NCBI GenBank assembly: GCA_020635075.1 | Contig: JACKAM010000001.1 | Span: forward strand, 1,155,402-1,219,401 | Origin: Pseudobdellovibrionaceae bacterium | GTDB taxonomy: Bacteria; Bdellovibrionota; Bdellovibrionia; Bdellovibrionales; UBA1609 | Direction of reading: 5' to 3' | Length of the DNA: 64,000 nt | Shown here: piece after piece, positions 53,175 through 61,959 of the stretch | How the letters are laid out: every line of letters starts with the position of its first letter | Numbering within the stretch: the first letter of the stretch is position 1 | Translations under genes and position numbers: made by a program | Notes under the pieces: generated by a model | What the model was told of the DNA's origin: nothing | Databases searched by the model: none | Seen by the model: the letters and a program-made list of their open reading frames with translations, nothing else

Positions 53175-54529
53175 CAGGAATCCCCTTCCGTTTGAGCAGG
53201 TAAATCAATCTTTACCTGGATTTCGCCGGCATCCAAAAGCAGGCGCCTCAACTCCACATAGCCCAAAAGCTGATTGAGGAGCACTCCTCCTAAGACTGCC
53301 GACAAAACGAGATTCCCCCCCGCGGGAAATCGCTCCAAAAAACTCAAGCCGATGGCAATTGCCATCAAATCCTGACCCATCAGGCCAGCACCTAAATTGG
53401 GCCCCCTCTCCCCATGGGTTCCCGCCAGTTGCCGAAAGATTGAAGGCGTGACTTGCTTCATCGCCCAATAGCGAATGGCGAAGTAGGCCGATGGGAACAC
53501 CCATTCTAGCCCACTTACAGGTTCCCAGTGGGCTCCGGCAAATATCAACAACATCACAAAAATTGGTTCGGCAATCCGATCAAGTGCCGGTCGAATATCC
53601 ACCGCATATTGAGAGGCCAGCCCCAGTGTTGCGCCAAAAATAAAATTCACAAACAAAGGGGAAATCCCAAGTGCTGTGCCCACACCACTGGCAAACACCA
53701 CACCACCGAAGGACGCCAGGTAGAGGCGATCCTCTTGAGATTCCCGTCCGATAAACAAAGAAAACAAAAATCCACAGGACACTCCGGCGGCAATTGCTGT
53801 CAATGCCCACTCTGAAACCGTAATTCCCATGCTGCCCGCAGTTTCCACTGCGCGGGAAGAGGAAAGGGCAAATCCAAAGACCAACACCGCCACCATCTGG
53901 AAGACTCGGGCCAGTAACTGCAACCTCTCCGTCACCGGTCCACTGTTGCGATAGAGGCTTTGGGCATTGTTCAGCAAGATGGTCGAGGCCGAAGCCGCCC
54001 CGGCCCCTAAGGTCAGGGCAATCCACAAATGGGTATCGCAAAATTCAAATCTGCTGACCTCCTGCCATGGCCATACCCACTCGAAGCTCCACAAAACCAC
54101 GCCATGGCCCACCTCACTTGAGAGAATGAACAAAGTCATTGCACCCATCAGGACGGAAACCACCAAAAGGACGACCAAAGAAGCTGAAACCCCGGCCCAG
54201 AAAACTTCCCGCGACTTCAGGGTGTCGCGAATATGCAATCCTAGAACAAAACCCACCAAGCCAATCAATAGACTTAAAAAAGGCTGAAATTGCGACAATG
54301 TTTCGACATTGATGAGATGAAATCCTACTTTGGGGCCAATAACCGCACCCAAAAGAATGTACAATAATCCCGAGACCGAGATCAGGTTGGACTTGGTTTT
54401 TTTAAGTGTCGCACTAATGAGAAAACTAAATACAACCAAGAGGAGCAGGGCCACTGTGGTGTTGACCATCGCGCTGAAAATCCTTTCGCAGAGCCAGCCA
54501 AAATTTACGCTTAATTGTTTCAAGCCCAA
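53174..54529 (-). CDS. Cation/proton antiporter-like membrane protein (Na_H_Exchanger family-like)
   Basis: A polytopic protein (10+ hydrophobic segments) beginning 'LISVSGLLYILLGAVIGPKVGFHL'. Its stop overlaps the trkA start (ATGA). The true start may be the ATG at 54469. Confidence 0.65.
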   Translation of the reverse strand: MGLKQLSVNFGWLCERIFSAMVNTTVALLLLVVFSFLISATLKKTKSNLISVSGLLYILLGAVIGPKVGFHLINVETLSQFQPFLSLLIGLVGFVLGLHIRDTLKSREVFWAGVSASLVVLLVVSVLMGAMTLFILSSEVGHGVVLWSFEWVWPWQEVSRFEFCDTHLWIALTLGAGAASASTILLNNAQSLYRNSGPVTERLQLLARVFQMVAVLVFGFALSSSRAVETAGSMGITVSEWALTAIAAGVSCGFLFSLFIGRESQEDRLYLASFGGVVFASGVGTALGISPLFVNFIFGATLGLASQYAVDIRPALDRIAEPIFVMLLIFAGAHWEPVSGLEWVFPSAYFAIRYWAMKQVTPSIFRQLAGTHGERGPNLGAGLMGQDLMAIAIGLSFLERFPAGGNLVLSAVLGGVLLNQLLGYVELRRLLLDAGEIQVKIDLPAQTEGDS

Positions 54530-54717
54530 AGACTGGTGTCAAACCAGGCCAGTCCATGAACATCATCCTAACTCTTTGTTTTCTATAAATTATGCATCGT
54601 CCCAATAGGCTTCTTTGTGGAAGCCCCTTGAGAAGCAATATTCTTTACAAAGTTCGCCTATCTCTGGCTAATCCCCAGCTTTGAACCTAGATTCTTCCGG
54701 TCTCAGGAGGTCGAAGG

Positions 54718-56163
54718 GTGACAGTGAGGATGATGACGAGAATGCTGGCAGTTGTGATTACAACGTTGGCGATTCAAGCAGAAGCAACTCAAGAACAAAC
54801 AACAGATTCCGCAAAGCAATGGACAGCAAAAGAATTCTTGAGCCAATTCCTGGCTGCTGACGAGGATCTTGTTCAGGCTCAAAGCCGGCTTGAGGTGAGC
54901 CGTCAAATCTGGTTGGGAGCCGATGACCTCTATACCAGCCGACTGTCAGTCTCGCCAACAGCCAACTGGAAGGATCAGACGTTCTCCTCTAGCGCCGGCA
55001 AATCTACCTACGATGATCAAAGCTCCGAGGTCACGGGACGCCTGGTGCAATCTTTCCCCTCAGGAACTGAGCTGGAATTTAAAGCCCAGGGCTACATGGA
55101 AAGAACCAACCCCACCCTCGGTGGCATTGATCGACAATACACTCTCACCCTCAATCAACCACTTTGGCAGAATGCCTTCGGCCGTCAATGGCGTTTGGAG
55201 AGGGATCGGGCCCTCGATTCCTATGAAGGCGAACAGGCTTCTATTGCTGCATCCAAATTAGTCGCTTGCGAGAAGGGATTAAATCTTTACTTTACGGCCT
55301 ACGCAGCTCAAGAGGCGGAGCGAGACCATGCCCTCATTTTGAATTCAGCAGAAAAGGCTCTTCAGATCGCTAAATCCGCTTACCAGAAAAGACTCGTCAG
55401 ACCCATTGACTACATGGCGGCACAAGCTGACTTTTTGCGCATTCAAGGACTGAAGCTCCAAGCTGACCAGGAGCTCAGTCAGTCTCTTACGGTTCTCGCA
55501 TCCTACAATGAAAAGGCCTTGTCCGCCTTGGTGCTGACGGACCCGAGTTCCCTCTTACAGGCTCTTCCCTCTGAGGACCCACAGTGGTCCAGTCACCCCC
55601 AAGCGCTTGCCAGCCTCAAGGAAGTTACCGCCGGGGAAAAGGCCATCGCCAAAGCCGAAGATCTGGCCAAGTCCCAACTGAACCTTCTACTACAGGCCGG
55701 ACAGATGGAAGGTCGAGTGGAATCCGGAGCTGACCTATTGGATTACGACGAAAACTTCTACAAAGTTGGCCTCCAGTGGACCATCCCCCTTGGAGACACC
55801 AACCTCTCAGCCGAGATCGAAAGGAAGCGAGCTGAAAAGAGGGCAGCACTCGCCCGCCAGGCAGCTGCCGAACGCATGTGGAAAGAGGACCTTCAACAAC
55901 AGCGGATCAATCGCGCCACCAAATCCGAGCAACTGAATCTAAGTGAGCGCAAAATCAAACTTTATGATCAGCAACTCAAGGAAGCCTTTCGCTTGCTGCG
56001 CGTCGGCAAACTGGAGTTCAATGATTTTATTCGCTATCAGGACACTCTTCTCAACGAGCGCATCGCCAGACATCGACTGCGTTCGCAGATGTGGGAAGCC
56101 TGGTCCCGATGGCAATTCCTGAGTCACCGGACTCAGGCCTTGTGTTTGGAAGGTGGGGTATGA
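54718..56163 (+). CDS. TolC-like outer membrane efflux factor (OEP family)
   Basis: GTG start, signal 'MLAVVITTLAIQAEA'. Two repeats of long helical/coiled segments with Ala/Gln/Leu-rich heptads are typical of OEP. It overlaps the RND gene start by 4 nt. Confidence 0.8.
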   Translation: MTVRMMTRMLAVVITTLAIQAEATQEQTTDSAKQWTAKEFLSQFLAADEDLVQAQSRLEVSRQIWLGADDLYTSRLSVSPTANWKDQTFSSSAGKSTYDDQSSEVTGRLVQSFPSGTELEFKAQGYMERTNPTLGGIDRQYTLTLNQPLWQNAFGRQWRLERDRALDSYEGEQASIAASKLVACEKGLNLYFTAYAAQEAERDHALILNSAEKALQIAKSAYQKRLVRPIDYMAAQADFLRIQGLKLQADQELSQSLTVLASYNEKALSALVLTDPSSLLQALPSEDPQWSSHPQALASLKEVTAGEKAIAKAEDLAKSQLNLLLQAGQMEGRVESGADLLDYDENFYKVGLQWTIPLGDTNLSAEIERKRAEKRAALARQAAAERMWKEDLQQQRINRATKSEQLNLSERKIKLYDQQLKEAFRLLRVGKLEFNDFIRYQDTLLNERIARHRLRSQMWEAWSRWQFLSHRTQALCLEGGV

Positions 56164-59100
56164 GCCGGATAATTAAGTACTTTATTGACCGTTCCTTTGT
56201 TGTGAATTTGATCGCAGGCTTTATCTGTCTAGCTGGGGCCATCACTCTCACATCCATGAAGAGGGACCTCATACCCCCCTTTGAGTTCCAGATGATCCAA
56301 GCCCACATCTCACTGCCGGGAGCAACACCCGAGGAAATGGAGAAATTTGTCGTCTTCCCATTGGAGGAGTCTCTCAAAGGCTTGCCCGGCCTGGAAAAAG
56401 TGGAGTCAAAAAGCTCTCCAGGTAGCGCAGAAATTAATCTTTTTTATGATGCCAGCTTCAATAAAATGACTGAAGCCACGGAAACCGTTCGCTCACGCAT
56501 CGAAGCCCAAAGAGTGCGCCTGCCTCAGTCCATCCGTCACATTAAAGTCGAACGGGTCAGGGTTAACGAGGTCTTCCTGTTTGTTCTCGCCTTGGAGAAT
56601 TTTGAAGAGGACAACACCGACCATCGGCTCTACATCAAGAAACTAGAGGAAAAACTCGGACAAATCCGTGGCGTGGTAAGAACTGAGGTTCATGCCCGGG
56701 CCAGGGACGTTTACATCGAGTTTTTTCCCGAAAGACTCAAAAGTTATGATATTTCGGCGACTCAGGCCCGGCGCGCAGTGCTTGAGTCACTGAGACTCAC
56801 CCCGATTGGCCAGGTCACCGACAACGAATCCCGCTTTTCCGTGGAACTGGCCAAGGCTGACACTTCGCTTGAGGACCTCAAAAACCTCCCCATCACCTCC
56901 AACCTGCGTGGCGATGCCGTTACTTTGCGACAAATTGCCAAAGTCCATTACCGACTTGCAGATCGGGATCGTATTGTCCAATACAATGGTGAGCCCACCG
57001 TCACCCTACGAATTCTAAAGGACACTCATTCGGATACCATCGACCTCAAGGGGCAGGTTCTTAGGGTTGTGGCCGATTACAACAAAACTCTGCCAACTCC
57101 CCTAGTAGCCACCGTCTTTGCTGATGGGCCGGCCTTTATTGAAAAGCAGATCCAGGTCCTCAACCGCAATGGTCTCCTCGGCCTGGCTTTGGTCATTTTG
57201 ATTTTGGTTCTCTTGCTCAACTGGCGCACCTCAATCATGACGGTATTGGGACTTCCAGTTGCCTACCTGGGCACCCTAGTGGTTCTTCAGCAAATGGGCG
57301 TGGCGATTGATTTGATTTCCATTATCGGCATGATCTTGGTCATCGGAATTCTTGTTGATGACGCCATCATCGTCAGCGAACGCTATGTGGAGAATTTGCA
57401 GGAGGGTCTTCCTCCTCGCGAGGCGGCTTACCGTGCGGCAAGGGATCTGCTTGTTCCGGTGACAGGAACTGTTCTCACCACTATCGTGGCCTTTGCACCC
57501 ATGCTCCTCATCAAAAGTGAGATCTCAACAGTACTGTTTGCCGTCCCCCTGGTGATCATTGTCTCTCTGGTGTTCAGTTGGATGGAAAGCTTTTTTATTC
57601 TGCCCAATCACCTCGCCCACTTCGTCAAGTCTGCGCCCAAGCAATCAGAGGACTCTTGGTTCAATCGTATTCGCCGGGGTTACGAGTCTCTTTTGCGCTG
57701 GACCCTTAAAGGGCGCTACCCCATCATTCTCGTCCTCCTTGTTCTGTTTGGTGCCAGTGGTTACTGGGCGGCAAAGAAATTACGCCATGACTTTAACCTG
57801 CAGATCAATCTTGAGCGGGTCACAGTTTTTGCGGCCCTCAATCAAAGCACCTCCCTGGATGACTCAATGAAGCAACTGGCTCCGCTTCAGGAAACACTAC
57901 TCAAACTTCCCAAGAGCGAGGTCGAGACAGTCTATTCGCGAATCGGTAGTGTGTGGATGGACGGTCGCATGCAGGAGGGCTACCGATTTGCACGCTTCGA
58001 CCTCTATCTGGACAAAAACACCGACTACCCGACTCGACTGAGAGACAAGGTTCAGGAACACACCGAAAAGCTCCTGGCTCCGTTCAAAGAGTCAGGACAG
58101 TTTGAAAAGATCTACTCAAAGGCGAGCAGGGAAAACCTAGACAAAGACAAAAGCTCAATGGTCACCGTGCAGATTCGCGGCGGCGAAGAGGTGGACTTCC
58201 ATGAAATTGAAAAGTCTCTCGCTGCAGCGGCCCTAAAGGTGGAAGGAATCAAGGAAGTGGTAGAAGATCCCGATCGCTACCGCACGTCATGGCAATTTAT
58301 GGCTGATCCCAAATCCCTTCTCCAGCACAACCTGAGCCCGACAGAACTTGCCAACCAGCTGCGCGGCCTGTTTGTCCCTGATGAACTGATTGAAACGCGC
58401 ATTTCGGGGGAACGGGTGTACATTTACACCCAAAGCCTCCGCGACAGACCGCCAAGATTTGAGGAGTTGAGCCATTTGTCCGTGGTCACACCTCGTGGCA
58501 TTGATGTTCCCTTGCGTTTTTTGGGACAGTGGAAACAAAAGACGACCCTCAATAGAATCCAACATTTGGATGGTCGAAGAGAGCTTAAGGTGGATTTTAA
58601 GTTTGATCCGCAAAAGACAAATTCCACGACTGCAAAGGGCAACATCAGGTCTGCGATTGAATCGGTGCAACAGACGTTCCCCACCTATGATATTTCTGTC
58701 GTCGATACCAACGAGGAGGAAGCCAAAAATCGTGCCTGGGCTCTTAAGGTTGCAGCTGTTGCTGTGAGTGCCGTACTATTGATCCTGGCTTTGATATTGG
58801 GCAGTCTGACTCAACCCTTGTTGGTGGGCCTGCCAATTCCCTTTGGCTTGATTGGCATCATATGGGCTCTCTATCTGCACGATTTGCCTTTGGGTCTGAT
58901 GGCGATAATTGGTTTGGTAGGGACTGTGGGAGTCTCAGTGAATGACTCACTCATAATGGTCAACCACATGAATCACCTGGCGGCAAAAGCCGGAAAGACC
59001 TTAGACCGAGAGCATATCATCAACGGCGCTTCGTCTCGGTTTCGCGCGATTCTTCTCACCACCATCACCACTCTCGGTGGCGTCTTCCCCATGGCCTACT

Positions 59101-59399
59101 CCTTTGGCGGAGAATCTGGATTTACCCAACCCCTGGCTTTTTCTATGGGATGGGGTTTGAGCTTTTCCACCCTCCTCACCTTGTTCATTCTTCCAGCACT
59201 CCTAGAGATTCGTGGGGATGTGCTCAAACTATTGGATAGAATTTGGAATTGGCAAAAAGGGAGATCCGCAGTAGCAAAGACAATTCCCTCAATGAGTGAG
59301 GACCTCACACAACCGTCTCTCATCGAGTCGCCTGAACTGGTTGCAATGAAAGAACACAACTGGGAAGACCCCGCCAACAACCAACATCCAGATCTCTAG
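56160..59399 (+). CDS. RND-family efflux transporter (AcrB/AcrD/AcrF-type inner membrane pump)
   Basis: Start trimmed to the ATG at 56160 (MSRIIKYFIDRSFVVNLIAGFICLAG). There are 12 TM segments in a 1+5/1+5 layout with two large periplasmic loops. Conserved 'IGILVDDAIIVSE' and 'VGVSVNDSLIMVNH' are present. Confidence 0.9.
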   Translation: MSRIIKYFIDRSFVVNLIAGFICLAGAITLTSMKRDLIPPFEFQMIQAHISLPGATPEEMEKFVVFPLEESLKGLPGLEKVESKSSPGSAEINLFYDASFNKMTEATETVRSRIEAQRVRLPQSIRHIKVERVRVNEVFLFVLALENFEEDNTDHRLYIKKLEEKLGQIRGVVRTEVHARARDVYIEFFPERLKSYDISATQARRAVLESLRLTPIGQVTDNESRFSVELAKADTSLEDLKNLPITSNLRGDAVTLRQIAKVHYRLADRDRIVQYNGEPTVTLRILKDTHSDTIDLKGQVLRVVADYNKTLPTPLVATVFADGPAFIEKQIQVLNRNGLLGLALVILILVLLLNWRTSIMTVLGLPVAYLGTLVVLQQMGVAIDLISIIGMILVIGILVDDAIIVSERYVENLQEGLPPREAAYRAARDLLVPVTGTVLTTIVAFAPMLLIKSEISTVLFAVPLVIIVSLVFSWMESFFILPNHLAHFVKSAPKQSEDSWFNRIRRGYESLLRWTLKGRYPIILVLLVLFGASGYWAAKKLRHDFNLQINLERVTVFAALNQSTSLDDSMKQLAPLQETLLKLPKSEVETVYSRIGSVWMDGRMQEGYRFARFDLYLDKNTDYPTRLRDKVQEHTEKLLAPFKESGQFEKIYSKASRENLDKDKSSMVTVQIRGGEEVDFHEIEKSLAAAALKVEGIKEVVEDPDRYRTSWQFMADPKSLLQHNLSPTELANQLRGLFVPDELIETRISGERVYIYTQSLRDRPPRFEELSHLSVVTPRGIDVPLRFLGQWKQKTTLNRIQHLDGRRELKVDFKFDPQKTNSTTAKGNIRSAIESVQQTFPTYDISVVDTNEEEAKNRAWALKVAAVAVSAVLLILALILGSLTQPLLVGLPIPFGLIGIIWALYLHDLPLGLMAIIGLVGTVGVSVNDSLIMVNHMNHLAAKAGKTLDREHIINGASSRFRAILLTTITTLGGVFPMAYSFGGESGFTQPLAFSMGWGLSFSTLLTLFILPALLEIRGDVLKLLDRIWNWQKGRSAVAKTIPSMSEDLTQPSLIESPELVAMKEHNWEDPANNQHPDL

Positions 59400-59631
59400 C
59401 CGAATCCTGGCGCTGGCTACTCAGCGGCGCCAAACTGGAACCAGGACCTAGGATGAGATTATTCGGCCAAATCAAATCCAATTCGCTTTCGCACAAATGA
59501 CTGCGTCATTGAATAAATTGGGACTATTCAGTCTTTCAAATTGATCACAATATCACTTTCTCAACACAAGATTTTCTTCGCGACGTCCCCAAAAATTCGA
59601 TTACGATTTTTCTGCCAAGGAGGGCAAGAGT

Positions 59632-60153
59632 ATGACCATTGAACAAAGCATTGAACAGATTGAAAAACTCTTTCACGTTGTAACCGGTCGCTCGGCAAGT
59701 GAACATCAAGGGACTTATGCTCCTCTTCACCCAGAGACTGATCCAGTTGTTACCATCGAACGTCGTATTGAAGATTTGGTGACCCTCCTGCAGAATCCGG
59801 CAGTGATCCCGCCTGCCCAAATTTGGACTCCACCCATGTCGGTTTGGGAAAACGAGCGAGAGTATTTGATCAAGCTGGACCTTGCCGGAGTCAAAAAAGA
59901 GGATATCGACCTGTCGATTCGGGGCAACGTCCTCTTTGTGTCGGGTTCACGCAAACCGCGGGCTCCCGAAGCCGGTTACACCCTGCGTGTGACTGAGAAA
60001 ACCGTAGGCCCCTTTCAGCGGGAAATCATTCTCCCTCTCGGAGTTGCCACGGCTCGCCTCCACTCTCAAGTCATCGACGGAGTGTTGGAAATTCAAATTC
60101 CCAAAGGTGGAGACGAGAATTCGACTTCCTCTGCCAAAACCGGAAAACACTAA
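59632..60153 (+). CDS. Small heat-shock protein (Hsp20/alpha-crystallin family)
   Basis: AAGGAGG is upstream. The alpha-crystallin domain reads 'WTPPMSVWENEREYLIKLDLAGVKKEDIDLSIRGNVLFVSGSRK...FQREIILPLGV...GVLEIQIPK'. Confidence 0.9.
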   Translation: MTIEQSIEQIEKLFHVVTGRSASEHQGTYAPLHPETDPVVTIERRIEDLVTLLQNPAVIPPAQIWTPPMSVWENEREYLIKLDLAGVKKEDIDLSIRGNVLFVSGSRKPRAPEAGYTLRVTEKTVGPFQREIILPLGVATARLHSQVIDGVLEIQIPKGGDENSTSSAKTGKH

Positions 60154-60217
60154 AACCAATTTTGTCAGACACTTTTAAAAATCCGGCTCTTTCATTTCGA
60201 AGGAGCTCAACTCAATC

Positions 60218-60697
60218 ATGGAGGACCCCATGGAAAAAGCGACAGCAAAAATCGACCTACAAAAACTGCAACTGCTCAATGACCGCATTTGCCAAACCAT
60301 TGATGCCTTAAATCAGGTGCGCATGTCTATGCATGGAATCAGCTATGGCATGGGTCACAATGTGCCCGCCATTTACCCGCAAACATCGATCTACGGCTCC
60401 CAGCCTTTCTATGGCCAGCCCGTTTTCACGACACCAAACCCCTATCTCGCTCAGCAAGCCTTCTATGGGGTGCAAAATCCCTACTTGGTGCAACAGCCAT
60501 TCTACGGCCAGAATCTGCCTTTTTACGGATCCGCAGTAAGCGCTCCCGTCAATTTTCAAACTTTTGGTCACCAGGCTCCCTGGACCAATGAATTCGTGGA
60601 GCGTCAGCGTTGGCACCAGTCTCAGGCCACAGCATTTTCCCCTGTGTACAGCCAGGCACCTGTCTACGCACAGGCACCCACTGCAACACACTTTTAA
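60218..60697 (+). CDS. Hypothetical Q/Y/P-rich low-complexity protein with 'xFYG' repeats
   Basis: GAAGGAG is upstream. The N-terminal helix is 'KIDLQKLQLLNDRICQTIDALNQV'. The repeat region reads 'IYGSQPFYGQPVFTTPNPYLAQQAFYGVQNPYLVQQPFYGQNLPFYGS', and the C-terminus carries 'SPVYSQAPVYAQAP'. The start is either 60218 or 60230. Confidence 0.55.
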   Translation: MEDPMEKATAKIDLQKLQLLNDRICQTIDALNQVRMSMHGISYGMGHNVPAIYPQTSIYGSQPFYGQPVFTTPNPYLAQQAFYGVQNPYLVQQPFYGQNLPFYGSAVSAPVNFQTFGHQAPWTNEFVERQRWHQSQATAFSPVYSQAPVYAQAPTATHF

Positions 60698-60704
60698 TTA
60701 GCGA

Positions 60705-60959
60705 CTACTCCCCTTCAGAAAGGCCGGCGCCATCACTGGATTCGTCGGCCTCAAGGGGTTCTGGGGGAAGTTCCTCAAGCGCTGGATCAGGACCCACGCT
60801 TTCGGTCTCATCCATCATACTGGGGTCTCCCTCTTCCACTTCTTCGCTGACCTGCTCAAGAGTGTCATTGGGATCATCCTCTGCCTCACGCCCGCACTTA
60901 CAACCCGGCACTAAAGTGATGAGTGTTCCAACTAAAAGTAGAGCCAAAAGTCCCCGCAT
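60705..60959 (-). CDS. Small acidic lipoprotein
   Basis: Start trimmed to the ATG at 60959 (MRGLLALLLVGTLITLVPGC, lipobox). The mature part is highly acidic (EAEDDPNDTLEQVSEEVEEGD...). Confidence 0.5.
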   Translation of the reverse strand: MRGLLALLLVGTLITLVPGCKCGREAEDDPNDTLEQVSEEVEEGDPSMMDETESVGPDPALEELPPEPLEADESSDGAGLSEGE

Positions 60960-60982
60960 GATTTTTCTCCTGCACAGCATCT

Positions 60983-61930
60983 TTAAAAGTCACCATAAAG
61001 CTTCTTGAGTTCGGTATGCAATAACTGGAACACAGGCCCGGGCCTTCCTGAACCCACGGTTTTGGATTCCCACCTTGTTACGGGTAAAACCCCGATGGTT
61101 GTGCCCGCCAACATCACTTCTTTGGCTCGAGCCAAATCCTCATGTCGTAGTTTTTCCAGGTCCACCCGGCTGACTCCCGTACCGGGCCCAATGAGGTTTC
61201 GCGCCAACTCCAGAACTCGCAACAGGGTTGTCCCTTGAAGAGTATAATCAAAAAGTGGGGCTAACACCTCTCCCATGTCAGTTACAATCAAGATATTTTC
61301 TGTGGAGCCTTCACCCAAGAAGCCGTCTTCTGTAAAACAAACGGTAAAGTCCACTCCGCGATCCACGGATTCTTTCTTCATCATGACGTTAGGCAGGTAA
61401 TTACAGCTCTTGATTTGGCTAAAAGGTGCTGGCTTGGCTAACACATGGCTCGTAACGGCTGACACGCCCTCTGCGTATTTCTCTGCGGGATAAGGCTTAA
61501 ACAGAGTCATGACAATATAGAGCTGACTGGCCACACATTCATAGGGGTTGGTGGTAAAACCTCCAGGCCCCCGTGAAACATACAGGCGAAAAAGAACATC
61601 CTGGCCTGGAGCCAAATTCATCATTTCCACGCAGATCCGGAAGATCTCCTCTCGGCCATGGGGAAGGTGAATTCCCAATGAACCTGCCGATCTCTCCAGT
61701 CGGTCCAAATGAGCATCCATCTCCAACAGTGTTCCCTGCCGAGACCGAAAGGCTTCAAACACCCCATCGCCACGATGAACCATATGATCATCCACCGGAA
61801 CCGTCATCAAGGCTGGCTCCGTCACCACTCCACCAAACCAGGTGGAGTACATGGCAAGATACTTGTCATTGGCATAAGCCGTCTTGAGGCGAAGAACCTC
61901 TAGGACTTTATCTGTGGAGAGGACATCCAT
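60983..61930 (-). CDS. Class IV (fold type IV) PLP aminotransferase (branched-chain/D-amino-acid aminotransferase or ADC-lyase-like)
   Basis: 'DHMVHRGDGVFEAFR', 'HLDRLERSAGSLGI', 'IKSCNYLPNVMMKKE' (catalytic Lys context) and 'GEGSTENILIV' are present. Confidence 0.8.
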   Translation of the reverse strand: MDVLSTDKVLEVLRLKTAYANDKYLAMYSTWFGGVVTEPALMTVPVDDHMVHRGDGVFEAFRSRQGTLLEMDAHLDRLERSAGSLGIHLPHGREEIFRICVEMMNLAPGQDVLFRLYVSRGPGGFTTNPYECVASQLYIVMTLFKPYPAEKYAEGVSAVTSHVLAKPAPFSQIKSCNYLPNVMMKKESVDRGVDFTVCFTEDGFLGEGSTENILIVTDMGEVLAPLFDYTLQGTTLLRVLELARNLIGPGTGVSRVDLEKLRHEDLARAKEVMLAGTTIGVLPVTRWESKTVGSGRPGPVFQLLHTELKKLYGDF

Positions 61931-61959
61931 GTCACCGCCTCCGGAGACCCCATCTTTGA

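Noticed and set aside
53580-54041. 153-aa alternative-frame minus-strand ORF, plus several plus-strand ORFs inside the CPA-like gene
   Set aside because: They are nested in or antisense to a long polytopic membrane-protein ORF. Their Gly/Arg/Trp-rich composition is typical of out-of-frame translation of hydrophobic coding sequence.
59520-59631. Sigma-32-type heat-shock promoter upstream of hsp20 (CCCCAAAAAT at about 59588-59597 resembles the CCCCATNT -10)
   Set aside because: No acceptable TTGAAA-like -35 lies at the proper spacing. The organism's heat-shock regulon signals are unknown, so the evidence is too weak to annotate.
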